From contig JAZNKG010000025.1 of NCBI GenBank assembly GCA_045578445.1, positions 18,247 through 82,246 on the forward strand: DNA of 64,000 nucleotides, given 5' to 3'. The DNA is from Alphaproteobacteria bacterium. GTDB taxonomy: Bacteria; Pseudomonadota; Alphaproteobacteria; RF32; CAG-239. The position numbers and the translations under genes are program-made. The notes under the pieces were generated by a model. That model did no database searches, had not been told where the DNA came from, and was given only the letters and a program-made list of their open reading frames with translations. Of the stretch, positions 29,117 to 37,755 are shown one piece after another. Numbering within the stretch: the first letter of the stretch is position 1; each line of letters starts with the position of its first letter.

Positions 29117-30631
29117 ATGAAGTTTTTATCTTTGTTTTTGGTTTTTGGGCTACTTTTGAATGCAAAAGATGTTAGTGCGTCTTATGTATATGGCGAGGAT
29201 GATGCTCGCTTGATTAATGGTGTATTATATGACGCTGATGGTGCACCTATAACAGGTACTTATCAGGAGTTTTATAGTAATAATGTATTAAAGAGCTCAA
29301 TGCCTTATGTTAATGGTAAGCGAAATGGTGTTGGAACATTGTATAGTCAGAGAGGTATTAAAACTTCTGATATGCCTTTTGTTGATGGTCTAAAAGAAGG
29401 TAATGCTCTAGTTTACTATTTCGATGGCAAATTAAAAGAAAAAATTCCTTATGTTAATGATAAAATAAATGGTTTGAAACGTTCTTACTTTACTAATGGA
29501 AATATTTCATCTTCTGTAAATTATGTTGCAGGTGTTGAAAATGGTGAAGCAAATAGCTTTTATGAAGATGGTACATTAAAAGAGAACTTCAACTATGTTA
29601 ATGGTGTAAAGGAAGGTAAGTCTGTATCATATTTTTATGATGGAAGTGTTGCTGAAGTTACATATTTTGATAATGGTAAAATTGTTGATGAACAAACAAT
29701 TTATTATAAAACAGGAAATGTAAAATCTTCTATTGAATATACTTTTGGTCAAAAAAATGGTGTTATGCGCAATTATTATGAAGATGGCGTTTTAGAATCT
29801 GCTATTCCTTATAAAGATGGTGTTATTTCTGGAGAAGGTCGTTTTTATAAAAACGACGGAACTTTAGATTTAACTGTTAATTATGATAATAATGTGCGTA
29901 ATGGATTGGCGAAAGCATATTATCCTAATGGTAAAGTTAAGCTTTCTGCTATGTATGAAAATGATGTGAAAAATGGTTTGGAAACAGAGTATTTTGAATC
30001 AGGTGCTGTTAAAGAGGAAAAGCCTTTTGTTGATGGCGCTATAAATGGTGTAGGACGCGAGTATTATGAAAATTCTAATATTAAAGCGATAAAGAATTAT
30101 GATAATGCTGTAGTTAATGGTGAAGCTAGCTTTTTTGATGAAGAAGGAGATTTGTTTGCTGTATCTATTTATAAAAATGGTAAGAAAAATGGCATTCAAA
30201 AGAATTTTGATAAAAAAGGAAAAGTTGTTTCTGAAGGAATGTATGTTGATAATATTCTAGAGGGACAGTTTAAAGAATTTTATGAAAATGGAAAAGTTAA
30301 AGCTACATATAACTATGCTAAAGGTATTTTAGAAGGTGTGTCTTTAGCTTATGATGAAGAAGGTAATTTGTCTTATGAAGTTCCTTATGTAAAAAATAGA
30401 AAAGATGGTAAGGTTAAGAGATATTATCCAACTGGTGAGATTATGGGTGAAATTTCTTATGAAAAAGGTATGAAACACGGTATGCTTGATGCTTATAATC
30501 AAGATGGTACGTTGATGGCTAAGGTTTTATTTAATAAGGACAAAGCAATAAAAGGCTATAGTCTTGACCATGGCAAAAAACCAGTGTTAATGACTGCTGA
30601 AGAGCTTAAAGTTATTAATGATACATATTAA
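29117..30631 (+). CDS. Exported MORN-variant (YwqK-like) repeat protein
   Basis: ATG at 29117 (AAGGA SD) gives the signal peptide MKFLSLFLVFGLLLNAKDVSA. About 20 tandem ~23-aa units of type YYxNGxLKxxxxYVNGKxNG follow. Confidence 0.8.
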   Translation: MKFLSLFLVFGLLLNAKDVSASYVYGEDDARLINGVLYDADGAPITGTYQEFYSNNVLKSSMPYVNGKRNGVGTLYSQRGIKTSDMPFVDGLKEGNALVYYFDGKLKEKIPYVNDKINGLKRSYFTNGNISSSVNYVAGVENGEANSFYEDGTLKENFNYVNGVKEGKSVSYFYDGSVAEVTYFDNGKIVDEQTIYYKTGNVKSSIEYTFGQKNGVMRNYYEDGVLESAIPYKDGVISGEGRFYKNDGTLDLTVNYDNNVRNGLAKAYYPNGKVKLSAMYENDVKNGLETEYFESGAVKEEKPFVDGAINGVGREYYENSNIKAIKNYDNAVVNGEASFFDEEGDLFAVSIYKNGKKNGIQKNFDKKGKVVSEGMYVDNILEGQFKEFYENGKVKATYNYAKGILEGVSLAYDEEGNLSYEVPYVKNRKDGKVKRYYPTGEIMGEISYEKGMKHGMLDAYNQDGTLMAKVLFNKDKAIKGYSLDHGKKPVLMTAEELKVINDTY

Positions 30632-30644
30632 TTGGAAATGGATA

Positions 30645-30680
30645 AAAGAAAAGGTCGGAAATAATCCGACCTTTTCTTTG
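30645..30680. terminator. Bidirectional intrinsic terminator between the MORN gene and ugd
   Basis: AAGGTCGGA (30651-30659) pairs with TCCGACCTT (30665-30673), flanked by A and T runs. Confidence 0.8.
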
Positions 30681-30690
30681 TTGTAGTTAT

Positions 30691-31992
30691 TTATTTACGT
30701 CCTAGTGATTTTATTTCGAATCCAAGTTCTTTAGCTTTATGATAGTCAAAGTTATTACGGAAGTCTGCAATTTGTGGACGAGTCATAAGAACTTTTATTT
30801 TTTCTAATTCAAGAGATTTAAATTCTTGCCAGTCGGTTAGTACTGCAAGGATATCTGCTCCACCAATAGCTTCATAAGCTGAGTTACAATATGTGATTAA
30901 ATCTCCTAAAATAGCTTTTGTGTTTGGCATTGCTTCAGGGTCGTATAGTTTAATTTTAACATCATGAGCTAGCATAATTTCGATGATTTGTAGAGCTGGT
31001 GATTCACGACAATCATCTGTTCCACCTTTAAAAGCACTTCCTAGTACAGCAATAGTTGGATTTTTTATATCTTCTACCATATCTAGAATACGTTTAGCCA
31101 TATTAATTTTACGACGTTCGTTTCCTTTAATGGTTGCTTCAATTAAAGATAAGTCTATACCATTAAATTTTCCCATATATGCCATGGCATTTGTATCTTT
31201 AGGGAAGCAGAAACCGCCATATCCTGGTCCAGGAACTAAGAATTTAGCACCAATACGAGTATCTAATCCCATACCTTTTGCTACTTCATAGATATCTGCG
31301 CCAGATGTTTCGCAAAAATCAGCCATTTCATTAATATATTGTATTTTCATAGCTAGAAATGCATTTGATGCATATTTAATAGTTTCTGATGATTGGCGAG
31401 AAACATATAATATTTGTGTTTTTTCGCTGAATGGTTCGTATAATTCTGCAATTACATTGCGAGCACGTTCGGTATTTGCGCCAACGATAATTCTATCAGG
31501 ATTAAAGAAATCTTGTACAGCGAATCCTTCACGTAAAAATTCAGGTAAAGATATTACATCAAAATCAGCCGTTGGGTTTGTTTTTTTGATGATATTTTCA
31601 ACAGCTGTTCCTGTGTTAATTGGTACAGTTGACTTAATTGCAACAACAGTATATCCGCTTAAATGTTTAGCAAGTTCTTCTGCAGCTGCTTTAATGTATC
31701 TCATATCTGCTTCTTTAGTAATAGGATGTGGAGGTGTTCCTACTGCTAATATAACTAAATCTGCATTAGGTATACTTTCTGCAAAAGATGTTGAAAATTT
31801 TAGTTTACCATTTTGTGTTGTGCGATTAAACAAATCTTCTAAGCCATCTTCAAAAATAGTAACTTTACCTGATTTTAGTGTATTAATTTTTCTTTCATCA
31901 ACATCTAAACAGATAACGTCGTTGCCAAGTTCAGCAAATCCAACACCTGTTGGAAGACCAACATATCCTGTGCCAATTACAGTTATTTTCAT
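30691..31992 (-). CDS. ugd: UDP-glucose 6-dehydrogenase
   Basis: MKITVIGTGYVGLPTGVGFAELGN... Rossmann N terminus and the catalytic-Cys region GGFCFPKD typical of UDP-glucose/GDP-mannose dehydrogenases. Confidence 0.9.
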   Translation of the reverse strand: MKITVIGTGYVGLPTGVGFAELGNDVICLDVDERKINTLKSGKVTIFEDGLEDLFNRTTQNGKLKFSTSFAESIPNADLVILAVGTPPHPITKEADMRYIKAAAEELAKHLSGYTVVAIKSTVPINTGTAVENIIKKTNPTADFDVISLPEFLREGFAVQDFFNPDRIIVGANTERARNVIAELYEPFSEKTQILYVSRQSSETIKYASNAFLAMKIQYINEMADFCETSGADIYEVAKGMGLDTRIGAKFLVPGPGYGGFCFPKDTNAMAYMGKFNGIDLSLIEATIKGNERRKINMAKRILDMVEDIKNPTIAVLGSAFKGGTDDCRESPALQIIEIMLAHDVKIKLYDPEAMPNTKAILGDLITYCNSAYEAIGGADILAVLTDWQEFKSLELEKIKVLMTRPQIADFRNNFDYHKAKELGFEIKSLGRK

Positions 31993-32158
31993 ATCGTATC
32001 TCCAATTAATTTATATATGCGTGTATGTTAGTAGATTATAAGTTATTTGCAAGATAGATTTTACTGGTGTTTATAAAAGATTTTCTCTGATAAAGTTATT
32101 GAATTTTTGTGTTTTTATAATAATATATGAGGCAAATATTTTGATATGAGAGGTATTA

Positions 32159-32434
32159 ATGATGAAAAAATGGTTGTTTTTTATGGTTGTAGCATTATTT
32201 AGCTTTAATGTTTATGCAAAAGAAATTAAGGCGGATAGCTTAAATTTAACTACAGAACAAAATCAAAAACTTGTTGAAATGAAAGAAAAATTAAAGGCAG
32301 AAGTTGAGCCTATTTGGGAAGAAATTGAAAGCGGTAAGAATCGTATTTTGGAAATTGAAAAAAAATATTTTGAAGAATTTTGGAATATGTTAACAGAAGA
32401 ACAACGAACTGAGTTTACTAAAATTAATCAATAA
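32159..32434 (+). CDS. Small periplasmic Spy/CpxP-like protein (LTxxQ motifs)
   Basis: Signal peptide MMKKWLFFMVVALFSFNVYA. Two LTxxQ motifs (LTTEQNQKL, LTEEQRTEF). Confidence 0.6.
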   Translation: MMKKWLFFMVVALFSFNVYAKEIKADSLNLTTEQNQKLVEMKEKLKAEVEPIWEEIESGKNRILEIEKKYFEEFWNMLTEEQRTEFTKINQ

Positions 32435-32446
32435 TAATTTTATCAT

Positions 32447-32485
32447 AAAAAAAAGACCGTGCTTTAGGCACGGTCTTCTTTTTAT
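32447..32485. terminator. Bidirectional intrinsic terminator between the Spy-like gene and dnaK
   Basis: AGACCGTGC (32454-32462) pairs with GCACGGTCT (32468-32476), flanked by A8 and T runs. Confidence 0.85.
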
Positions 32486-32494
32486 AGGAGCTTG

Positions 32495-34411
32495 CTATTT
32501 AACTTCTTCAAAGTCAGCATCAACAACATTATCATCTTTTGGAGTTTCTGCTTCTGGAGCGCCTTGTTGTGCTCCAGCAGTTGCTGTATCTGCTCCTTGA
32601 GCTTTGTACATAGCTTCACCAAGTTTTAGTGATGCTTGCATTAAAGCGTCTGAACGTTGTTTGATAGCTTCTACATCTTCTCCGTCTATTACTTCTTTTA
32701 ATGATGTAATAGCAGATTCAATTGCGTCTTTATCAGCAGAAGAAATCTTATCAGAATTTTCTTTCAAAGCTTTTTCTGTGCTGTGTACTAAGCCTTCAGC
32801 ATGGTTTTTAGCTTCTACTAATTCTTTTTTCTTCTTATCAGCTTCAGCATTTGCTTCAGCATCTTTTACCATTTTTTCGATATCGGCATCTGATAAACCG
32901 CCACTTGCTTGAATGCGAATAGCTTGTTCTTTGTTTGTTGCTTTATCTTTTGCAGAAACATTAACAATACCGTTAGCATCAATATCAAATGTTACTTCAA
33001 TTTGAGGCATACCGCGTGGAGCAGGTGGAATACCTACTAAGTCAAATTGACCTAACAATTTGTTATGAGCGGCAATTTCACGTTCACCTTGGAATACTCT
33101 AATTGTAACAGCGGTTTGTCCGTCTTCAGCTGTTGAGAATACTTGAGATTTACGTGTTGGAATTGTTGTATTTCTATCGATTAAACGAGTAAATACACCA
33201 CCCAATGTTTCAATACCTAATGAAAGTGGAGTTACGTCTAATAGTAATACGTCTTTAACGTCACCCATTAATACACCACCTTGAATTGCTGCACCTACAG
33301 CAACAACTTCATCAGGGTTTACACCTTTGTGTGGTTCTTTTCCAAAGATTTCTTTTACTTTTTCTTGTACTTTTGGCATACGTGTCATACCACCTACAAG
33401 AATAACTTCGCTAATTTCTGCAGATGTAATGCCAGCATCAGCCATAGCTTTTTTGCAAGGTTCTACAGTTCTTTCAATCAAGTCTTCAACAATTGATTCT
33501 AATTTTGCACGAGTTAATTTGATGTTTAAGTGCTTTGGAATTGGAGAACCTGTGCTCATATCAGCTGTAATAAACGGCAAGTTGATTTCTGTTTGAGTTG
33601 TTGAAGATAATTCAATCTTTGCCTTTTCTGCAGCTTCTTTTAAGCGTTGGAGAGCTAAACGGTCAGATTTTAGGTCTATGTTGTTTTCCTTTTTGAATTC
33701 ATCAGCAAGGTAATTTACTAAGCGTTGGTCAAAGTCTTCACCACCTAGGAATGTATCACCGTTTGTTGATTTAACTTCAAATACGCCATCACCGATTTCA
33801 AGAATAGAAATATCAAATGTACCACCACCCAAGTCATATACAGCAATAGTACCAGATGCTTTTTTATCCATACCATAAGCAAGAGCAGCAGCAGTTGGTT
33901 CGTTGATGATACGCAAAACTTCTAAGCCAGCAATTTTACCAGCATCTTTAGTAGCTTGACGTTGGCTATCATTAAAATATGCAGGAACAGTAATTACTGC
34001 TTTTTCAATTTTTTCGCCAACATAACATTCTGCATATTCTTTAATTTTTTGAAGAACAATAGCAGAAATTTGAGATGGAGCGTATTTTGTGCCTTTTGCT
34101 TCTACCCAAGCATCACCATTGTCTCCTTCAACAATTTTAAAAGGTGATGTTTCACGATCTTTTGTTACTTCTGGAGAATTGTAACGACGACCAATTAAAC
34201 GTTTGATTGCGAAAAGAGTATTTTCTGGGTTTGTAACAGCTTGTCTTTTAGCTGCTGCACCAACTAATCTATCTGTATCAGTGAAAGCTACCATTGAAGG
34301 GGTAGTTCTTGCACCCTCAGAGTTTTCTAATACTTTAGGTTCGCCACCTTCCATAATAGCAAAACATGAGTTGGTTGTTCCCAAGTCGATACCAATTACT
34401 TTATTGCTCAT
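32495..34411 (-). CDS. dnaK: Chaperone DnaK (Hsp70)
   Basis: [23 protein letters not shown]...[12 protein letters not shown]... Full-length Hsp70. No grpE or dnaJ is adjacent. Confidence 0.99.
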   Translation of the reverse strand: MSNKVIGIDLGTTNSCFAIMEGGEPKVLENSEGARTTPSMVAFTDTDRLVGAAAKRQAVTNPENTLFAIKRLIGRRYNSPEVTKDRETSPFKIVEGDNGDAWVEAKGTKYAPSQISAIVLQKIKEYAECYVGEKIEKAVITVPAYFNDSQRQATKDAGKIAGLEVLRIINEPTAAALAYGMDKKASGTIAVYDLGGGTFDISILEIGDGVFEVKSTNGDTFLGGEDFDQRLVNYLADEFKKENNIDLKSDRLALQRLKEAAEKAKIELSSTTQTEINLPFITADMSTGSPIPKHLNIKLTRAKLESIVEDLIERTVEPCKKAMADAGITSAEISEVILVGGMTRMPKVQEKVKEIFGKEPHKGVNPDEVVAVGAAIQGGVLMGDVKDVLLLDVTPLSLGIETLGGVFTRLIDRNTTIPTRKSQVFSTAEDGQTAVTIRVFQGEREIAAHNKLLGQFDLVGIPPAPRGMPQIEVTFDIDANGIVNVSAKDKATNKEQAIRIQASGGLSDADIEKMVKDAEANAEADKKKKELVEAKNHAEGLVHSTEKALKENSDKISSADKDAIESAITSLKEVIDGEDVEAIKQRSDALMQASLKLGEAMYKAQGADTATAGAQQGAPEAETPKDDNVVDADFEEVK

Positions 34412-34451
34412 ATCTAATATCCTTTACGTTATGAAAATTATTTCTGTTACT

Positions 34452-34482
34452 TTATATAGGTAGCAGATTTTTTGTAAGCAAT
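34452..34482 (-). promoter_or_regulatory. Candidate dnaK promoter (readable as sigma32-like or sigma70)
   Basis: The minus strand reads ATTGCTT-acaaaaaatctgcta-CCTATATAA. This fits a CTTGAA-like -35 plus CCCCATNTA-like -10, or alternatively TTGCTT-17 nt-TATATA. Confidence 0.3.
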
Positions 34483-34513
34483 AGTTTTTGATAAAAAAAA
34501 TGATTTTTTTTAA

Positions 34514-34597
34514 AATAATTTAAATATTTTTGCTGCTACAGAGGTAGGCCAGCAGGTTATCGGTAAGCTTATCGGTGGCGAAAAGGAAGAAAAGTAA
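34514..34597 (+). pseudogene. Orphan G+C-rich 3' coding fragment (...FAATEVGQQVIGKLIGGEKEEK*) without a start codon
   Basis: The open frame runs only from the TAA at 34511-34513 to the TAA at 34595-34597. 34532-34594 is roughly 50% G+C in a ~30% G+C context. No ATG/GTG or SD. It is followed by the shared terminator. Confidence 0.3.
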
Positions 34598-34613
34598 TTT
34601 CTTTTTGAATGTA

Positions 34614-34646
34614 ATAAAAAAGGGAACCAGTTGGTTCCCTTTTTTA
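34614..34646. terminator. Bidirectional intrinsic terminator
   Basis: A6 run, then GGGAACC (34622-34628) pairing with GGTTCCC (34633-34639), then a T6 run. Confidence 0.8.
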
Positions 34647-34658
34647 GTGTCTTTTCGA

Positions 34659-35213
34659 CTAGTGGATAGAGTTAGATGCCTCTGTGTCGAGGTATTTTAC
34701 GAACTCTTTCTGTGATTCTTTGTAGAAGCCATGTCTTTCGCAGTAGAGAACAATGATTTCTACGTTGCGCGAGTGTATCAACTCCTTCTGTACCTTGTGA
34801 GTAAAGTGCTTTTGATTGATGTAGTCTTTGAGGAAGCGATTATCCTTTTTGCGGACGGCATCTACCAGCACTTTATCTGAGAGATGACTGAACTTTGAGA
34901 GGTAACATTTGATGAGAAATGGATTTCTCAGTTCAATCAATTTCTGCTGAAGTTCGTCATTGAAAGCATATTTGTTCATTTTGATGATGTTTTCAATAAC
35001 GTATTCAGGGGTTTCCTTATTCAGAATGACCATAAGGTTGTCTTCTCTAAGGCGGAAGAGAGTTGCGTAGTGTGCAATGATAGAAATGTCATAACTCTTC
35101 AAGAGCATGAGCTCATCATTAGCGTCAAGAGAATATTTTTTGAAAAATTCTCTGAGCCCTTTTACGTCGCGTTTTTTTAGTAATTCCGCGAATGATTTTT
35201 CTTTTTCATTCAT
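34659..35213 (-). CDS. Helical repeat protein of unknown function, compositionally foreign (184 aa)
   Basis: C-ending codons dominate (CTC, TTC, GAC, ATC, TAC, AAC, CAC), unlike neighbouring genes. No SD. The ~28-aa repeats (KYSLDANDELMLLKSY..., SHLSDKVLVDAVRKKDNRFLKDYI, HGFYKESQKEFVKYL) are of the same type as the C terminus of the 551-aa protein. Confidence 0.7.
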   Translation of the reverse strand: MNEKEKSFAELLKKRDVKGLREFFKKYSLDANDELMLLKSYDISIIAHYATLFRLREDNLMVILNKETPEYVIENIIKMNKYAFNDELQQKLIELRNPFLIKCYLSKFSHLSDKVLVDAVRKKDNRFLKDYINQKHFTHKVQKELIHSRNVEIIVLYCERHGFYKESQKEFVKYLDTEASNSIH

Positions 35214-35245
35214 AATAATTTAATATGTTTAATGTTTGAGTTGGT

Positions 35246-35274
35246 AATATAATATTTTTTTGACTATATGTCAA
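35246..35274 (-). promoter_or_regulatory. Near-consensus sigma70 promoter of the 184-aa gene, with the -35 embedded in a palindrome
   Basis: The minus strand reads TTGACA (35269-35274), 17 nt, TATATT (35246-35251). TTGAC-ATATA-GTCAA (35260-35274) is a 15-bp palindrome overlapping the -35. Confidence 0.55.
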
Positions 35275-35313
35275 GTTTTTTTATGGTAAGAAAATTTTGC
35301 TAGTATTTGAAAT

Positions 35314-35346
35314 AAAAAAAGAGAGCTTGAATGCTCTCTTTTTTGT
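35314..35346 (-). terminator. Intrinsic terminator after the lipoprotein gene
   Basis: GAGAGC (35321-35326) pairs with GCTCTC (35333-35338), flanked by A7 and T7 runs. Confidence 0.7.
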
Positions 35347-35353
35347 AGGAAAT

Positions 35354-35806
35354 TTATTTATGTGGAGCTTCTTCCTTAAATCCTACGATATTTGCAGGAT
35401 ATGCCTTTACTGAAGCTTTTACATTTTTCCATAACAAGTAGTTGTCTTCTTGTACAAAGTATACTGGTGCGTATAATACATCAGCTTTTGATTTTGTTAA
35501 AGCTTTGTATGCAGCAGCAGCTTTTACTCTAGCTGTAGAATCTAGTACACTTAAATTTAATGCACTTGAAGGGAAGTAGTTTACACCATCTGCATATGTA
35601 TTATCACCGCCAAGAGAGAAAATACCAAAAAGAATTGTTTCTTGTGATGATGCAGAAACAGGGGTATTAAATTTTAATTCTGCTATATGATGAGAATGTA
35701 GAGAAGATGTAAGAGGAGCACTTGTTGTACTGTAATTTACAGAGGAGCAAGCTGTTAAACTAAGCGCCAATAAAGAAATGGCAGAAAATTTTTTTAATGA
35801 AGTCAT
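35354..35806 (-). CDS. Lipoprotein of unknown function (150 aa)
   Basis: GGGAG SD. Signal peptide with lipobox LALSLTA-C. Confidence 0.7.
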   Translation of the reverse strand: MTSLKKFSAISLLALSLTACSSVNYSTTSAPLTSSLHSHHIAELKFNTPVSASSQETILFGIFSLGGDNTYADGVNYFPSSALNLSVLDSTARVKAAAAYKALTKSKADVLYAPVYFVQEDNYLLWKNVKASVKAYPANIVGFKEEAPHK

Positions 35807-35922
35807 CTATAGTCTCCCAATGTTATAAAAATATACCCAACTAATTGTAGTGGGATATATTTTTTTTTATATTAATTAGGTTATATCTTCAATAGTATAT
35901 ACAATGTTATATACATTTTATT

Positions 35923-36957
35923 CTAAAAGATAGTTTTACCTTTATCATTTAAGTAACTCATTAAACCACTTTTACATAATTTTTTATATATAGGTCGGTT
36001 TAATTTGAGTTCTTTTATTATTTTATTGGGGCTACAATCTGGACAGATATTTGATATTTTTATTTTGCCATTTTTTATAGTTTTAATAACAGCACTAGGT
36101 AATTCGGACTTGCCAATACATGATGATAAATATACGTAACATTCATCATTATCTTTTAGGTGTTTAATAGCAAGTTTTCTTGCATATAAATTTAAGGTTA
36201 AATCAGCTTTGCTAGCATCTTTAGTCCAAGGAGAACCACCTCCAATAGGGCAAGCAGTTGAATAAAAATCGCAAGCTAGTTTGCGACCGGTAATACCACA
36301 GTCTGCAATTGATGAGTGGCAAGTATATGTTCCTGTTCCATTTATGATAATATTTTGAGGTGTTTGTTCTAGTGTTTTTATTATAAAATTAGTTAAGTCT
36401 TGATATTTTAGCATTGGAACAGCAGCAATTGCTGTGATTATTTTACCATCTTCATCGATGGTTATTTGGGTTTTTATATCTAATCCAAGATTTTTATTTT
36501 TTAAAGCTTCTTCGTACAATGCATTATTTAATTTTTTTGCAAGATATAGTTCTTGATTAATTAATCCGTTGCTTTTTTTAGCATATCCAACAAAAACACC
36601 TTGGTCCCCCCAACCATTAGCATCAACACCTTGTCCTATTTCAGGAGATTGAGTGCAGATTAAATTTTTGATTTTTAGTTTATTGATATCAATTGCATTG
36701 TTTTGCCAAATTTTATTATATTCTTCATCATAGCCGATTTCTCGTAAGGCTTTTTTTATAGTTGGACGTATGGTTTTTAGGTTAACGTTGCCTGTTACTT
36801 CACCGCCTAAAATAATATCGTTATTTTTTACCATAACTTCTACGGCATAACGTACATTTTTATCTTTTTTTAGGCATTTATCTAAAAGTGCGCAAGAAAT
36901 ATAATCAGCAATTTTATCAGGGTGTCCTAGTGACACATATTCAGCAGTTCTATTCAT
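35923..36957 (-). CDS. Highly divergent S-adenosylmethionine synthetase (MetK) family protein (344 aa)
   Basis: ATG at 36957 after a GGAGA SD. MetK motifs are retained: GHPDKIAD, ILGGEV, QSPEIGQGVD, GWGDQGVFVGYA, LDIKTQ, DCGITGRK and GGGSPWTKDASKADLT. The rest is strongly diverged and the C terminus is short and Cys-containing. Confidence 0.75.
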   Translation of the reverse strand: MNRTAEYVSLGHPDKIADYISCALLDKCLKKDKNVRYAVEVMVKNNDIILGGEVTGNVNLKTIRPTIKKALREIGYDEEYNKIWQNNAIDINKLKIKNLICTQSPEIGQGVDANGWGDQGVFVGYAKKSNGLINQELYLAKKLNNALYEEALKNKNLGLDIKTQITIDEDGKIITAIAAVPMLKYQDLTNFIIKTLEQTPQNIIINGTGTYTCHSSIADCGITGRKLACDFYSTACPIGGGSPWTKDASKADLTLNLYARKLAIKHLKDNDECYVYLSSCIGKSELPSAVIKTIKNGKIKISNICPDCSPNKIIKELKLNRPIYKKLCKSGLMSYLNDKGKTIF

Positions 36958-37065
36958 AAAAGTTCTCCGTTTTAGTCCTATTTTGTGCAGGACAAGTAGG
37001 TTAAATTCACACATGAAACATTATTATTGTTTCAATAAGGATTACAATACTAATAATGGCATTTG

Positions 37066-37755
37066 TCAATGAGTTTTCTTAGAAATTTTTATTTTTTCTT
37101 TTTCTGGAGTTACTATACCACAAGATACTGTATATTTGAGAGCATCTTCTACACTCATATTTAATCTAATAACATCTTCTTCTGGTAACATTACAAGAAA
37201 ACCAGATGTTGGGTTTGGAGTGGTTGGTACAAATACCGCAAGCATTTTATTGTGTGGTAATTTTTGTTTTAGTTCTCCCTTTGCTTCTGTGGCAAGGAAG
37301 CCGATAATCCAAATACCTTTGCGAGGGTACTCAATTAAAACAGCCTCTTTGAAAGATTGAGATTTTGGAGAGAGTACTGTTTCGAAAAGCTGTTTTAATA
37401 AAGAATATACACTAGATACAAGTGGCATTTTGGATACAATATAGTCTCCAAGACGAACGAAAAATTTTCCGATAAAACCTGTTGTAAACATTCCAATAAT
37501 AATTAGCACAGCAATTAGCATTATTACGCCAAAGCCAGGTATGTAAGGTAGAAAACTATATTGTGTCATCTGGTGTGCAAATAAAGAACGACTCCATTTA
37601 TCTGTCCAAATAAAAACTTCATAGGCCATATAAAATGTTATAGCAATTGGAGCGGTTACTAATATACCTGTAAAAAGATATGTTTTTAGTTTTGATATAA
37701 CAAAACCAAAAAAGTTTATGGATGGCTTGTTGCGTTTTAATGAAGTTTTTTTCAT
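37066..37755 (-). CDS. DUF502-like membrane protein
   Basis: Two or three N-terminal TM segments, then a soluble domain with PTTPNPTSGFLVMLPEEDV...SVEDALKYTVSCG, typical of DUF502. It overlaps the recJ stop by 4 nt. Confidence 0.65.
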   Translation of the reverse strand: MKKTSLKRNKPSINFFGFVISKLKTYLFTGILVTAPIAITFYMAYEVFIWTDKWSRSLFAHQMTQYSFLPYIPGFGVIMLIAVLIIIGMFTTGFIGKFFVRLGDYIVSKMPLVSSVYSLLKQLFETVLSPKSQSFKEAVLIEYPRKGIWIIGFLATEAKGELKQKLPHNKMLAVFVPTTPNPTSGFLVMLPEEDVIRLNMSVEDALKYTVSCGIVTPEKEKIKISKKTH

